Positions 24,699 to 31,681 of a stretch of DNA of 31,681 nucleotides are shown here, piece by piece. Numbering within the stretch: the first letter of the stretch is position 1; each line of letters opens with the position of its first letter. The DNA is from a virus (lineage: Duplodnaviria; Caudoviricetes): positions 1-31,681 of the IMG/VR virus record IMGVR_UViG_3300035670_000888, one strand, 5' to 3'. Position numbers and translations under genes: made by a program. The notes beneath the pieces were generated by a model. That model did no database searches and had not been told where the DNA came from. It saw only the letters and a program-made list of their open reading frames with translations.

Positions 24699-25045
24699 CG
24701 TGCGTTCCTTCCGTAGTGTGAACTGAGCGACCGGGTCTCAAAGCAGTCCTCGAGTCCCGGCTCCTGCATGAGCAGTCGTGCATACCTGCTGTGGTAGTTG
24801 TTGTTGAGTTTGAAGTCGTCGCCCTGCGTTCGCAACGTATGCCGCCAACGCAGTACCTCAAACAACATCTTGACGCCGATGCGCCTGGCGCCGGCACGTC
24901 GTGCCCGATACGCCAGCTTCCGCAACTCGTCGTACACGTGTGGGTTCGCTTCATGGAACCGCTGAAACCGCTCGTCAATGCTGCGCTCGCGATTCATTGC
25001 GAACACCAGCTGCTCTGGCCATGCGCGTTCGTCGTGGGCGTTCAT
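24695..25045 (-). CDS. Hypothetical phage protein (116 aa)
   Basis: 'FQRFHEANPHVY...FKLNNNYHSRYAR'; ATGA overlaps. Confidence 0.7.
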   Translation of the reverse strand: MNAHDERAWPEQLVFAMNRERSIDERFQRFHEANPHVYDELRKLAYRARRAGARRIGVKMLFEVLRWRHTLRTQGDDFKLNNNYHSRYARLLMQEPGLEDCFETRSLSSHYGRNAR

Positions 25046-25272
25046 CGCAAGCGCGACCCTCTGCCACGGCACGCCGTGCAGGTGGCACCGAACCAGCGGT
25101 CAGGCTGATTCGGGCCACCCTCGATGTACCACTCTTGTGCGCCCGTACCGTCGCAGGCAGGGCAGGGGCGCCGCATGTGCAAACGCGCCAGCGATCGCCA
25201 TGCCCGCCATGACGAAACCTGCAGCACGGTTCCGTCCTGTTTCACGATTCGTAGAGCCAACGTAGTCACCAC
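25042..25272 (-). CDS. Small protein with DnaJ-type CxxCxGxG zinc-finger pair
   Basis: CPACDGTG and CTACRGRG. Confidence 0.65.
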   Translation of the reverse strand: MVTTLALRIVKQDGTVLQVSSWRAWRSLARLHMRRPCPACDGTGAQEWYIEGGPNQPDRWFGATCTACRGRGSRLR

Positions 25273-26141
25273 ATCACCCCCGCCGAACCCCGCGCGTCGG
25301 CGGCTCGCTCTTGCAGTTGGGCGTCATCCTTGCCGCTCATGCAACGCTCGTAATACCCGCACCAACGCTTCGAGCAGTGCCACCCCATCCTGTTGCGTGG
25401 CCATACGCCGAGTGCCATACCCTGCGCAGTTTCCGCAACGGTCGCTTCCGCGAGCCTGGCAGCTTCGGCGGTTTCGTGCGCGGCAATGTCCACGTGGACA
25501 ACTTTCTGCGTGCGCGCACCATCTACGAGATACACATACGACAATGGCTTGCGAGCCGCTGCCGCGTACATCTCGGTCTGCACCGAGCGAGCCTGGTCAT
25601 CCCTGTTCGGGCTACGGCCTGACGTTTTCCAATCCACGACGCGGTCCGTGGTGATTACGTCCAGCCGGCCCGTTACCGGAACGCCTGCGATGGTGATGTC
25701 GAACGTGGATTCGACCTCCATCGGTTGCACGGTAGGTGCCGCCTCGGATGCCCACATGGTGCTGACCCGCACCGCTTTGTCCACAAGCTCGCCAGGCGCC
25801 TGACCATCCTGCAATCTGACTTCGCCGGTTGTGCATTGTTCGTCCACGTATTCGGCGGCGTTCGTGGCTGCCATGTCGGGTTCGGGATTCTCTCCGGTCT
25901 CCTTCTTGTGAATCATCCCGAGCTCGGCGGCATGGTGCACGCCGCTACCTACGATCAGCCCACCGTCAGGCGGAACCTTTATTCCGAGGACGTAGCGATA
26001 TGCCCATTGACGCGGGCAGCGCTGGTACATGCCGATCTGGGATGCGGATACATGCCGCACGCCTAGCGTTTGAAAGCTGGCGAGCACGGCATCCTGCCGC
26101 TCGTCGTTGTCGCTGTCGTCGAAGATAAGATCGTCAGCCAT
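25266..26141 (-). CDS. Cas4/RecB-like PD-(D/E)XK exonuclease with predicted Fe-S cluster
   Basis: 'HVSASQ...CPRQW', 'GSGVH', 'GRLD', 'VDWKT', C-terminal 'CSKRWCGYYERC'; same operon as the RecT-like gene. Confidence 0.85.
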   Translation of the reverse strand: MADDLIFDDSDNDERQDAVLASFQTLGVRHVSASQIGMYQRCPRQWAYRYVLGIKVPPDGGLIVGSGVHHAAELGMIHKKETGENPEPDMAATNAAEYVDEQCTTGEVRLQDGQAPGELVDKAVRVSTMWASEAAPTVQPMEVESTFDITIAGVPVTGRLDVITTDRVVDWKTSGRSPNRDDQARSVQTEMYAAAARKPLSYVYLVDGARTQKVVHVDIAAHETAEAARLAEATVAETAQGMALGVWPRNRMGWHCSKRWCGYYERCMSGKDDAQLQERAADARGSAGVMW

Positions 26142-26559
26142 TGGTAGCCCTTTCGGCGAGCCGCTTTGCGTTGTACCAACCGCGAGCCGCATCGGTGTTC
26201 AGATCGTCAGGGCCGTTGTCGTTGCGGCTCCACCAACTGTGAGCCAGCTTGTCGAGATGCGCTGTCAGCGTTGCGTGGTCCTTATGGTGCCAGGCACGCA
26301 AGTCACCCTCGATGCGCATCAGATCGACATAGGTTCCGTCAGGCAGTCGTTGGTAAGCGATGATGACGTACGGCCAATCGCCCATGTCCCACCCATCACT
26401 TCCCCATGATGCGATGATGCGGAACCCTGCGTGCCTGGCATCCTCCATCCAATCGTAACCGTCACCGGACGGGTCGAAACCTGTCCAGCTGTGTTCGATG
26501 CCGGTGCCGGCTTGTCTCTCCATGTTCCAGCGTGTGTCGAATACTGCTTCTGCGAGCAT
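26134..26559 (-). CDS. Hypothetical protein (141 aa)
   Basis: RBS GGAAGGAG; 'SWGSDGWDMGDWPYVI'. Confidence 0.7.
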   Translation of the reverse strand: MLAEAVFDTRWNMERQAGTGIEHSWTGFDPSGDGYDWMEDARHAGFRIIASWGSDGWDMGDWPYVIIAYQRLPDGTYVDLMRIEGDLRAWHHKDHATLTAHLDKLAHSWWSRNDNGPDDLNTDAARGWYNAKRLAERATNG

Positions 26560-26585
26560 TCTGTTCTCCTTCCGTTTAGGTAAGC

Positions 26586-27053
26586 CTATTGCGAATCGCA
26601 CGCCCAGGGGCGCCGCTGCATACGCATCTGCAATCTGCGCCACAACGATGCCCGCTCGGTAACGATCTGCGTTGCGTTGTTTTGGGCCAGCTCCTGCAGC
26701 TTGCGATCGCGATGTGTTTCTGCCCCTCGCAGCGTCTTGAACGTGCGCGCGTAGCTTTCTCCTTCTATGTTCATGCGTAGCCGGTAACGCACTTCGCCGT
26801 TGGCCAACCGCTCGCGCTTTATGCACCGACTCACAGTCAGTTGCGTATCCAGCGTTCGCTTGCCGGCTGCATTGCGAGGGTACGTGTCGTCGAACAGCAT
26901 GACTTCGTCCTCGTCGAACATGACGCGCTTTCTGTTGTTCGCGTCACGCATGTAGTGCCGTGTGATGAAACCCCAGTTGGCGTAGTCCTTCAGCGTCGTG
27001 GGATGCACGCCTAGGTAGTCCGCGGTTTCGTCGTAGCTGATCAGCTTGCCCAT
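26586..27053 (-). CDS. Excisionase/MerR-like HTH plus AP2/arm-type DNA-binding domain
   Basis: 'ETADYLGVHPTTLKDY'; 'VRYRLRM...RTFKTLRGAE'; TGATG coupling. Confidence 0.65.
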   Translation of the reverse strand: MGKLISYDETADYLGVHPTTLKDYANWGFITRHYMRDANNRKRVMFDEDEVMLFDDTYPRNAAGKRTLDTQLTVSRCIKRERLANGEVRYRLRMNIEGESYARTFKTLRGAETHRDRKLQELAQNNATQIVTERASLWRRLQMRMQRRPWACDSQ

Positions 27054-27286
27054 CAGTCCTCCCCTCGGTCCTGATCGCCGTATTCCTCGCGCCGGAGCCA
27101 GGCCGCGTGCTGCTCGGGTGTTTCTGCGTAGTCCTGCTCGTCGTCCTCGTACGGCATTTCGCGCTGCATTTCCCAACGACGTAGGGCACGCTCGGCGCGG
27201 TCCTCGCGGTCGCGCTCTATGTAGTTGTCGTGTTCCTCGTGGTCCTGCTCGGCGTAGTGCTCTGGCGTTTCGTAATCGCGGGGCAT
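27053..27286 (-). CDS. Small acidic hypothetical protein
   Basis: 77 aa, D/E-rich, internal repeat DYETPEHYA / DYAETPEQHA; TGATG coupling. Confidence 0.6.
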   Translation of the reverse strand: MPRDYETPEHYAEQDHEEHDNYIERDREDRAERALRRWEMQREMPYEDDEQDYAETPEQHAAWLRREEYGDQDRGED

Positions 27287-27528
27287 CAGTCGTCCTTCTT
27301 GTCAGGGGACAGCATCATGGTGATTTTGGAGTGCTCCATGAACCGGATGGTCTGCCGGCACAGTTCAATCACGTTGTCGGCTTCCGTCATGCGATATCCG
27401 CCCGCGTCAAGCACGGCATCCATAGCCTCGATTGCGGCAGTCGCTTCCATGCTCGAGTACCGGGCACGGTTGATGTGATTGCTTGTCTCGGTTAGGCGAC
27501 GCCTTCTGTTCTGCGTATTCATGCTCAC
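27286..27528 (-). CDS. Hypothetical protein (80 aa)
   Basis: Overlap-coupled on both sides. Confidence 0.6.
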   Translation of the reverse strand: MSMNTQNRRRRLTETSNHINRARYSSMEATAAIEAMDAVLDAGGYRMTEADNVIELCRQTIRFMEHSKITMMLSPDKKDD

Positions 27529-28358
27529 GCTTCCTCAACCTCCTCGTTGTTTGCCAGGCCAGCGGCGTCAATGACGGACAACTGCTCTACGATCGCATCC
27601 GCCTTCTCTGGCGTCAGGTCACCGAATCTCGTGATGCCCTGCTCGGTGAACACTCGCTTGACAACGTCGGCACCGAACTCTGTCTTTAGCTGCTCGATGA
27701 TCGCTTTCGGGTCGTATTCGTCGTCGCCAGCTGGCAACACCTGCGGCTGCTCGACGATCGGCTCGGGCGCCTGCGACTCGGCCTGTGCTGACGTCTGCGC
27801 CGGCACAGACACAACCGCGCCTTCCTCGTCCACTTCTGCTCCGAGCTCGTCCGGCGTGTAGATCGGACCGCCGAATACCTCTGCTGCGTGCCAGCGTGCG
27901 GCGTTGGTCAAAGCGCGCGCGAACAACATATTTTTCGGGTAGTTCTTCCACGGTCCCTGGCGGACAAGCCCTGCCGTCTGTGCGTCCTGCATCGTGAACG
28001 TGGACGGCGGGCAGGCACGCCATTCGCCGCGCTTGTGGCGATACACGACGATCGTGCAACGCTCGTCCGTATGCTCGGTTACCTCGTAGTCGTACTGCGG
28101 GTGCCCGCCGAGCTTCGATGCGATTGCGCCTGCTGTCAGCGCAGGGCTGCCGTTGATGACGGTTACCGATTGCAGCGCCGTCGCTGGTCCGAGCCCCATT
28201 TCCATCCCGTACTTGACCCGCAGGGCTAGCTCTGCCTCGTTCTTGGACTTGTAGTTGCCGGCGCGTGCTGCCGCCTGCCCGATGCGGAACGCGACCTCGA
28301 CCTGCTCCATTTCCGAGCCGGCCCGTGCACCGGCATGACGTACAACGTCGGTACTCAT
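27525..28358 (-). CDS. RecT-like single-strand annealing protein
   Basis: 'GMEMGLGPATALQSVTVINGSP', 'FTMQDAQTAGL...WKNYPKNMLFARA', 'YTPDEL'. Confidence 0.85.
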   Translation of the reverse strand: MSTDVVRHAGARAGSEMEQVEVAFRIGQAAARAGNYKSKNEAELALRVKYGMEMGLGPATALQSVTVINGSPALTAGAIASKLGGHPQYDYEVTEHTDERCTIVVYRHKRGEWRACPPSTFTMQDAQTAGLVRQGPWKNYPKNMLFARALTNAARWHAAEVFGGPIYTPDELGAEVDEEGAVVSVPAQTSAQAESQAPEPIVEQPQVLPAGDDEYDPKAIIEQLKTEFGADVVKRVFTEQGITRFGDLTPEKADAIVEQLSVIDAAGLANNEEVEEA

Positions 28359-28366
28359 GTTGCCCC

Positions 28367-28507
28367 CTAGTGGATTCCGTGTGCGATGCCGTTGGCCAAC
28401 CAGCCGACGACCATTGCCGTGAGCCAGGCGGTGCTGACAACGACGGCAATGCTGAACAGCGCGCGGCGCAGACGAAGCTGCGGCGAGCGCGATGCGGTGC
28501 GCTTCAT
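28367..28507 (-). CDS. Small membrane protein (46 aa), first gene of the leftward early operon
   Basis: RBS GGAAGGAGG; MKRTASRSPQLRLRRALFSIAVVVSTAWLTAMVVGWLANGIAHGIH. Confidence 0.65.
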   Translation of the reverse strand: MKRTASRSPQLRLRRALFSIAVVVSTAWLTAMVVGWLANGIAHGIH

Positions 28508-28548
28508 ATGAAGCCTCCTTCCGCGGCTGCCGGACGCAGCCGATGCCT

Positions 28549-28557
28549 CATTTTATG
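28549..28557 (-). promoter_or_regulatory. Candidate -10 element CATAAAATG of the leftward operon
   Basis: In the divergent intergenic region; identical 9-mer at 21486-21494. Confidence 0.5.
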
Positions 28558-28628
28558 CCATGAGCAGGTTTTCCCCTGCCTTCGACGGTACGTTTATGCC
28601 GCTAGTTGCACTATTGCGTAGTGCGAAC

Positions 28629-28677
28629 GGCTAGAACGCTTGCACTCATAGTGCATCCGGCTAGGCTTGTAGCCACA
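28629..28677 (+). promoter_or_regulatory. Promoter/operator element B (TTGCAC-16-TAGGCT)
   Basis: 36/49 identity with element A; contains palindrome TGCACT-cat-AGTGCA; followed by AAGGAAGGAG RBS. Confidence 0.75.
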
Positions 28678-28696
28678 CTAAAGGAAGGAGCCGGCA

Positions 28697-28882
28697 ATGC
28701 CTGGCAAGGGAACCATCATCGGGGACTACATGGCTATCGAGTGCGGTGACGGCTCGGGCATGGTCACCACGAACATCGAGGGCGACGAGGTCATCATCCG
28801 TCGCACCGCCGACTACGAGCAGGCGGTCATCACGGCGCAGGAGTTCATGCGCCTCGGTCTCGCACCGTGGACGGTGGCGTGA
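28697..28882 (+). CDS. Hypothetical protein (61 aa)
   Basis: Strong RBS after promoter B. Confidence 0.7.
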   Translation: MPGKGTIIGDYMAIECGDGSGMVTTNIEGDEVIIRRTADYEQAVITAQEFMRLGLAPWTVA

Positions 28883-29040
28883 TGCCCCCGTTTCCTGAGG
28901 ACGTGCTGGCTAGCATCCTGCCTGACGGCTGGTGGGGCGACGGCGATACGCTCGTCTGCCCATGCGGATACGACATAGAACTCGACGGCACCTGCCCCGA
29001 TGGGTGCAAGTCACCGCTTGTGACTTTCGGCATGATCTAG
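28882..29040 (+). CDS. Small Cys-rich, probably metal-binding protein (52 aa), not in ORF track
   Basis: TGATG overlap; MPPFPEDVLASILPDGWWGDGDTLVCPCGYDIELDGTCPDGCKSPLVTFGMI. Confidence 0.7.
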   Translation: MPPFPEDVLASILPDGWWGDGDTLVCPCGYDIELDGTCPDGCKSPLVTFGMI

Positions 29041-29061
29041 GCCAGCGTCACACGGCAGGCT

Positions 29062-29094
29062 GCGGCGGCTCGCTTCGGCGGGCCGTCGCCGTTT
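29062..29094 (+). terminator. Intrinsic terminator between convergent genes
   Basis: 12-bp stem with cUUCGg tetraloop, G-U pairs on the + strand, short U tail. Confidence 0.8.
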
Positions 29095-29308
29095 AGTCGA
29101 CCAAACGCAATGTCGGGTCGGCAGCTTTCTCCGCTTCGTCGAACGCATGAACCATGTCGATTATGTCGCTCGACTGTTCGCCGATCATGTCTCTCAACTC
29201 GCAATCCGGCATGTCAGCCCATTCCGCCGCGAGCATGTATCCGAGCCGGCGCATGAACGCGCGCACCCACGGCTGTGTGATATCAGCGTCGTTGGTGAGC
29301 AGGTCCAT
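29093..29308 (-). CDS. Hypothetical protein (71 aa)
   Basis: TGATG-coupled to the phosphoesterase. Confidence 0.65.
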   Translation of the reverse strand: MDLLTNDADITQPWVRAFMRRLGYMLAAEWADMPDCELRDMIGEQSSDIIDMVHAFDEAEKAADPTLRLVD

Positions 29309-30333
29309 CAGTCGAGCCAGATCATGTATTCGCCGGTCACATGCCCCTTGTCGGGGTGGACGTACAGCAGGCGTTGGCCTGGCCTGCCCTTCGCCGCCAT
29401 GAACTCGCTCGCATACTGACTGCCGCTCTCCGTGCTCGGCACCATTCGCACTTGCCCGCCATTCGGCAACGTGATCACGAGGTTCTGATGGTAGTGACCC
29501 AGAAACAGGTCAGAGAACGTGACAGGCAGCGCACCCGAGCTCCATGCCGTCGCTTTGCGTGCGATTGCGAACGCCGGGGTGCCGCTGAATCCGCGTATCT
29601 GATCGCCGTGACACAACAGCGCGGTGTAGTTGCCGAGCGCGATGTGTTCGTACCAATGCAGGTTTTCCTGCCAGGCCATGCGATCTTGGTGCTGCAGCTG
29701 CGCTCGGGCGATCGCATACGCAATGTTGTCGAGATTGTCCTCGCGGGGCATTTCACCACGCCGACCGAGCCGGCCATGATTGCCGTGCACGCTGAACACG
29801 CGTACTTCGTCGAAGTCGGCCAACAGCGACAGCACGACCTCTGCCATGAGATTTGATGCTGCCATGAGCTGCGAATACCCGGTGCTGTCCACTTCGTATG
29901 CCTGACCGGGAAAGATATTGGTGCCCTCGACCATATCCCCGCCGAACAGGACAGCGCAGCCTGGCACCGGATGATCTTTGCGCTGAATCGCGGTAATGCG
30001 ACGGACGCGTTCTACGACGTGCCGTATCCGAGCGGCGCATACGTCGGCGTCGTAGTCCTCTGTGCGTTTGCCGAGCTGCCAATCAGAGAAGTGGACAAGT
30101 GCCCATTCAGCATCACCCTTGCCGGCGCCGCTGGCTTTGGGCTTCGCGACCGGATTCGGCCTTCCGACAATCAGTTGCGCGTCATGCGCTGCCTGCTTCA
30201 CGACGTCCACAAGTTGGTTCGTTTTCGCCTTCGCGTCCGATAACTGACGCTGAAGCCGATTGCAGGTGCGCTGAAGCTCCTCGATCTCGCGTTCTCGCTC
30301 TATGTCATCTGCGAGCGCAGACACAGCGTCCAT
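29308..30333 (-). CDS. Calcineurin-like metallophosphoesterase with N-terminal coiled coil
   Basis: Motifs 'SDWQ', 'GGDMVEG', 'GNHG', 'HGD', 'GHYH'. Confidence 0.88.
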   Translation of the reverse strand: MDAVSALADDIEREREIEELQRTCNRLQRQLSDAKAKTNQLVDVVKQAAHDAQLIVGRPNPVAKPKASGAGKGDAEWALVHFSDWQLGKRTEDYDADVCAARIRHVVERVRRITAIQRKDHPVPGCAVLFGGDMVEGTNIFPGQAYEVDSTGYSQLMAASNLMAEVVLSLLADFDEVRVFSVHGNHGRLGRRGEMPREDNLDNIAYAIARAQLQHQDRMAWQENLHWYEHIALGNYTALLCHGDQIRGFSGTPAFAIARKATAWSSGALPVTFSDLFLGHYHQNLVITLPNGGQVRMVPSTESGSQYASEFMAAKGRPGQRLLYVHPDKGHVTGEYMIWLD

Positions 30334-30538
30334 TCCTGTGCGCGGCGATGCGCTTTTCGTGCATATCGTATCCGCGCGCTATCAGCACTCGTGCGATCAC
30401 GGTATGCGCGATCGTGTTGTCAGCGAGAGCAGCGCGGAGGTCGTCAGCATCCTTGTCGGGAAGCGTATCGAGCAGGTCGCCAACGCTGCAGCTTCCTCGC
30501 GTTACGGTTTCGGCCCGTATGTCGTCCAGCAGTCCGAT
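30305..30538 (-). CDS. Small HTH-like protein with terminal H..CxC; start codon uncertain
   Basis: (I)GLLDDIRAETVTRGSCSVG...HRNGRCVCARR fills the gap between holin and phosphoesterase; no ATG/GTG/TTG at the expected start. Confidence 0.5.
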   Translation of the reverse strand: MGLLDDIRAETVTRGSCSVGDLLDTLPDKDADDLRAALADNTIAHTVIARVLIARGYDMHEKRIAAHRNGRCVCARR

Positions 30539-30543
30539 AGCTA

Positions 30544-30822
30544 TTAGCCAGGCTCGACGTCGGTAGGCTCGTCGGGCAGTTCGTCCACCCACATATCCGC
30601 TTCGGCAGGCGGATTCTTGACTGCCTGTGCGACCGCTTGTGCCATGCGTCCGATGACGACGGCAACCGCCAGAATCGCTCCCATGATAATCCAAACGCTG
30701 CCAGGCACACCGAGCGGGGCAGCTGCATCCTGCAGTTCACCAACGAGCGGAATAAGGACGCCGGCTGCAGCACCGATCGTCCCGAGCCACGTTGCGAAGC
30801 CAATGCTGATCTTGGTTCCCAC
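30544..30822 (-). CDS. Holin-like membrane protein
   Basis: Two hydrophobic segments and an acidic tail; directly after the endolysin. Confidence 0.65.
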   Translation of the reverse strand: MGTKISIGFATWLGTIGAAAGVLIPLVGELQDAAAPLGVPGSVWIIMGAILAVAVVIGRMAQAVAQAVKNPPAEADMWVDELPDEPTDVEPG

Positions 30823-30830
30823 GTTACCCC

Positions 30831-31598
30831 CTAATCCGTCCTGCCGAACGCTTGTGCGTTGGCATTATCGAGCGGTCGCGGTCTGCTGAAAGGTCGCAGC
30901 TGGCGCCCCACACGCTTTCTGATGATTGCCATTGCCCTATTGCGGCTCGGCGCATCCTGCCAGGGGCCGTATAGCGAACGCTGACCGATCAACACGCCGA
31001 ACCTATCCTTCCCGACCCGCTTCACACGCGCCTGCTCCCATGCCGGTCGCTTCTTCGCCACCTTGCGTGCATGAGCGAGCCCTCGCTTGCCGCGCCAGGG
31101 GCCCAGAAGTCGTTGCGTTTGTTTCGCGCCCAGGTCCTCAAACCAATACAGCCGGGCACGCGGTTGCGTGGAGCGCAAAGCCTTCGGCACGATGATTGTT
31201 GCGCCGCGAATGTCACGGACGGTACGGCGAACCCCGTCGCTGACATTGCCACCAACGCAGTGCCAGATGTTGGGATTGCTTGTCGGCGCAACAGCAATCT
31301 CCACATGGCGCGGCGCCCAACAGACAGCAGCACCGGGCCGGCATGCTCCCGTGAGCTTCATGCTGATTGCCCTGGCAGCGAATACCGCTGTCGAAGGACT
31401 GCACACGTCGGTGTCAATACCCCCAACGCGCTTCCAGCACCACTCTACAAAAGCTGCGCACCACGGCCAACCCGTCTCGCCGAGCTCCGTGGCTGCCTGA
31501 TACTGACGGACGCGCGGCCCCGTATTGGACCCGAGCGGCACTTCGGTAACGCCAACTTCCGCGAGCGCAACCTTGACGACGGCATCGCCTTTGGTCAT
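30831..31598 (-). CDS. Endolysin with CHAP/NlpC-like peptidase domain and basic C-terminal region
   Basis: 'EVPLGSNTGPRV', catalytic 'WCAAFV', 'HVEI', 'GGN'. Confidence 0.82.
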   Translation of the reverse strand: MTKGDAVVKVALAEVGVTEVPLGSNTGPRVRQYQAATELGETGWPWCAAFVEWCWKRVGGIDTDVCSPSTAVFAARAISMKLTGACRPGAAVCWAPRHVEIAVAPTSNPNIWHCVGGNVSDGVRRTVRDIRGATIIVPKALRSTQPRARLYWFEDLGAKQTQRLLGPWRGKRGLAHARKVAKKRPAWEQARVKRVGKDRFGVLIGQRSLYGPWQDAPSRNRAMAIIRKRVGRQLRPFSRPRPLDNANAQAFGRTD

Positions 31599-31615
31599 TA
31601 GCCCTCCAAGCTTGC

Positions 31616-31681
31616 CTAAAGGAAGGCTACCACCGTGCCTACAACGGAACCAATAGCAGCAGAAACGGCAGCAGTTGCCAC
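31616..31681 (-). CDS. 3' end of a membrane protein (partial)
   Basis: ...VATAAVSAAIGSVVGTVVAFL-stop, upstream of the endolysin. Confidence 0.5.
   Translation of the reverse strand: MATAAVSAAIGSVVGTVVAFL

Noticed and set aside
25266-26141. Cas4-like nuclease as a sign of CRISPR-Cas
   Set aside because: No repeat-spacer array or other cas genes seen; context with a RecT-like gene indicates a recombination exonuclease.
1-31681. Alternative genetic code, tRNA genes, integrase, reverse transcriptase/DGR, introns or inteins
   Set aside because: Core genes are intact and normal in length under code 11 with all three stops in use. No cloverleaf, recombinase or RT motifs were recognised by eye; tRNAscan and HMM searches would be needed to exclude them formally.

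Overview
The window is most of a GC-rich tailed (siphovirus-like) phage genome, encoded almost entirely on the minus strand. Read right to left, the order is: lysis genes (CHAP-type endolysin, holin-like protein) and a metallophosphoesterase module; an early block (RecT-like annealase, Cas4-like PD-(D/E)XK exonuclease, secreted Rpf-like transglycosylase, DNA methyltransferase, Mom-like GNAT, VRR-NUC, replication initiator and an iteron-like origin); ParB-like protein, TET-associated-type (TAGT/GREB1-like) glycosyltransferase, terS, terL and a second TAGT paralogue; SPP1-like portal, MuF fused to an ADP-ribosyltransferase, scaffold, major capsid and two paralogous decoration-like proteins; a GT4-GT2-NDP-sugar epimerase cassette; neck genes, two tail-tube paralogues, tail chaperones and a tape measure gene running off the left edge. 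The Rpf-like domain, leaderless-looking genes and high GC suggest an actinomycete host (inference). No integrase, tRNA or CRISPR array is visible. The strongest unexplained signals are four. (1) A ~200-nt plus-strand hairpin array between the TAGT and portal genes has anti-Shine-Dalgarno loops, one matching the capsid RBS at 13/14 nt. (2) A likely virion-glycosylation cassette coincides with marked G-T-(A/V) enrichment in structural proteins, a candidate sequon. (3) Two antisense mini-operons 17.5 kb apart share a 49-bp promoter/operator element, and one is flanked by 15-bp direct repeats. (4) The tail chaperone needs a +1/-2 rather than -1 frameshift. All family calls are by-eye motif recognition; no database searches were run.
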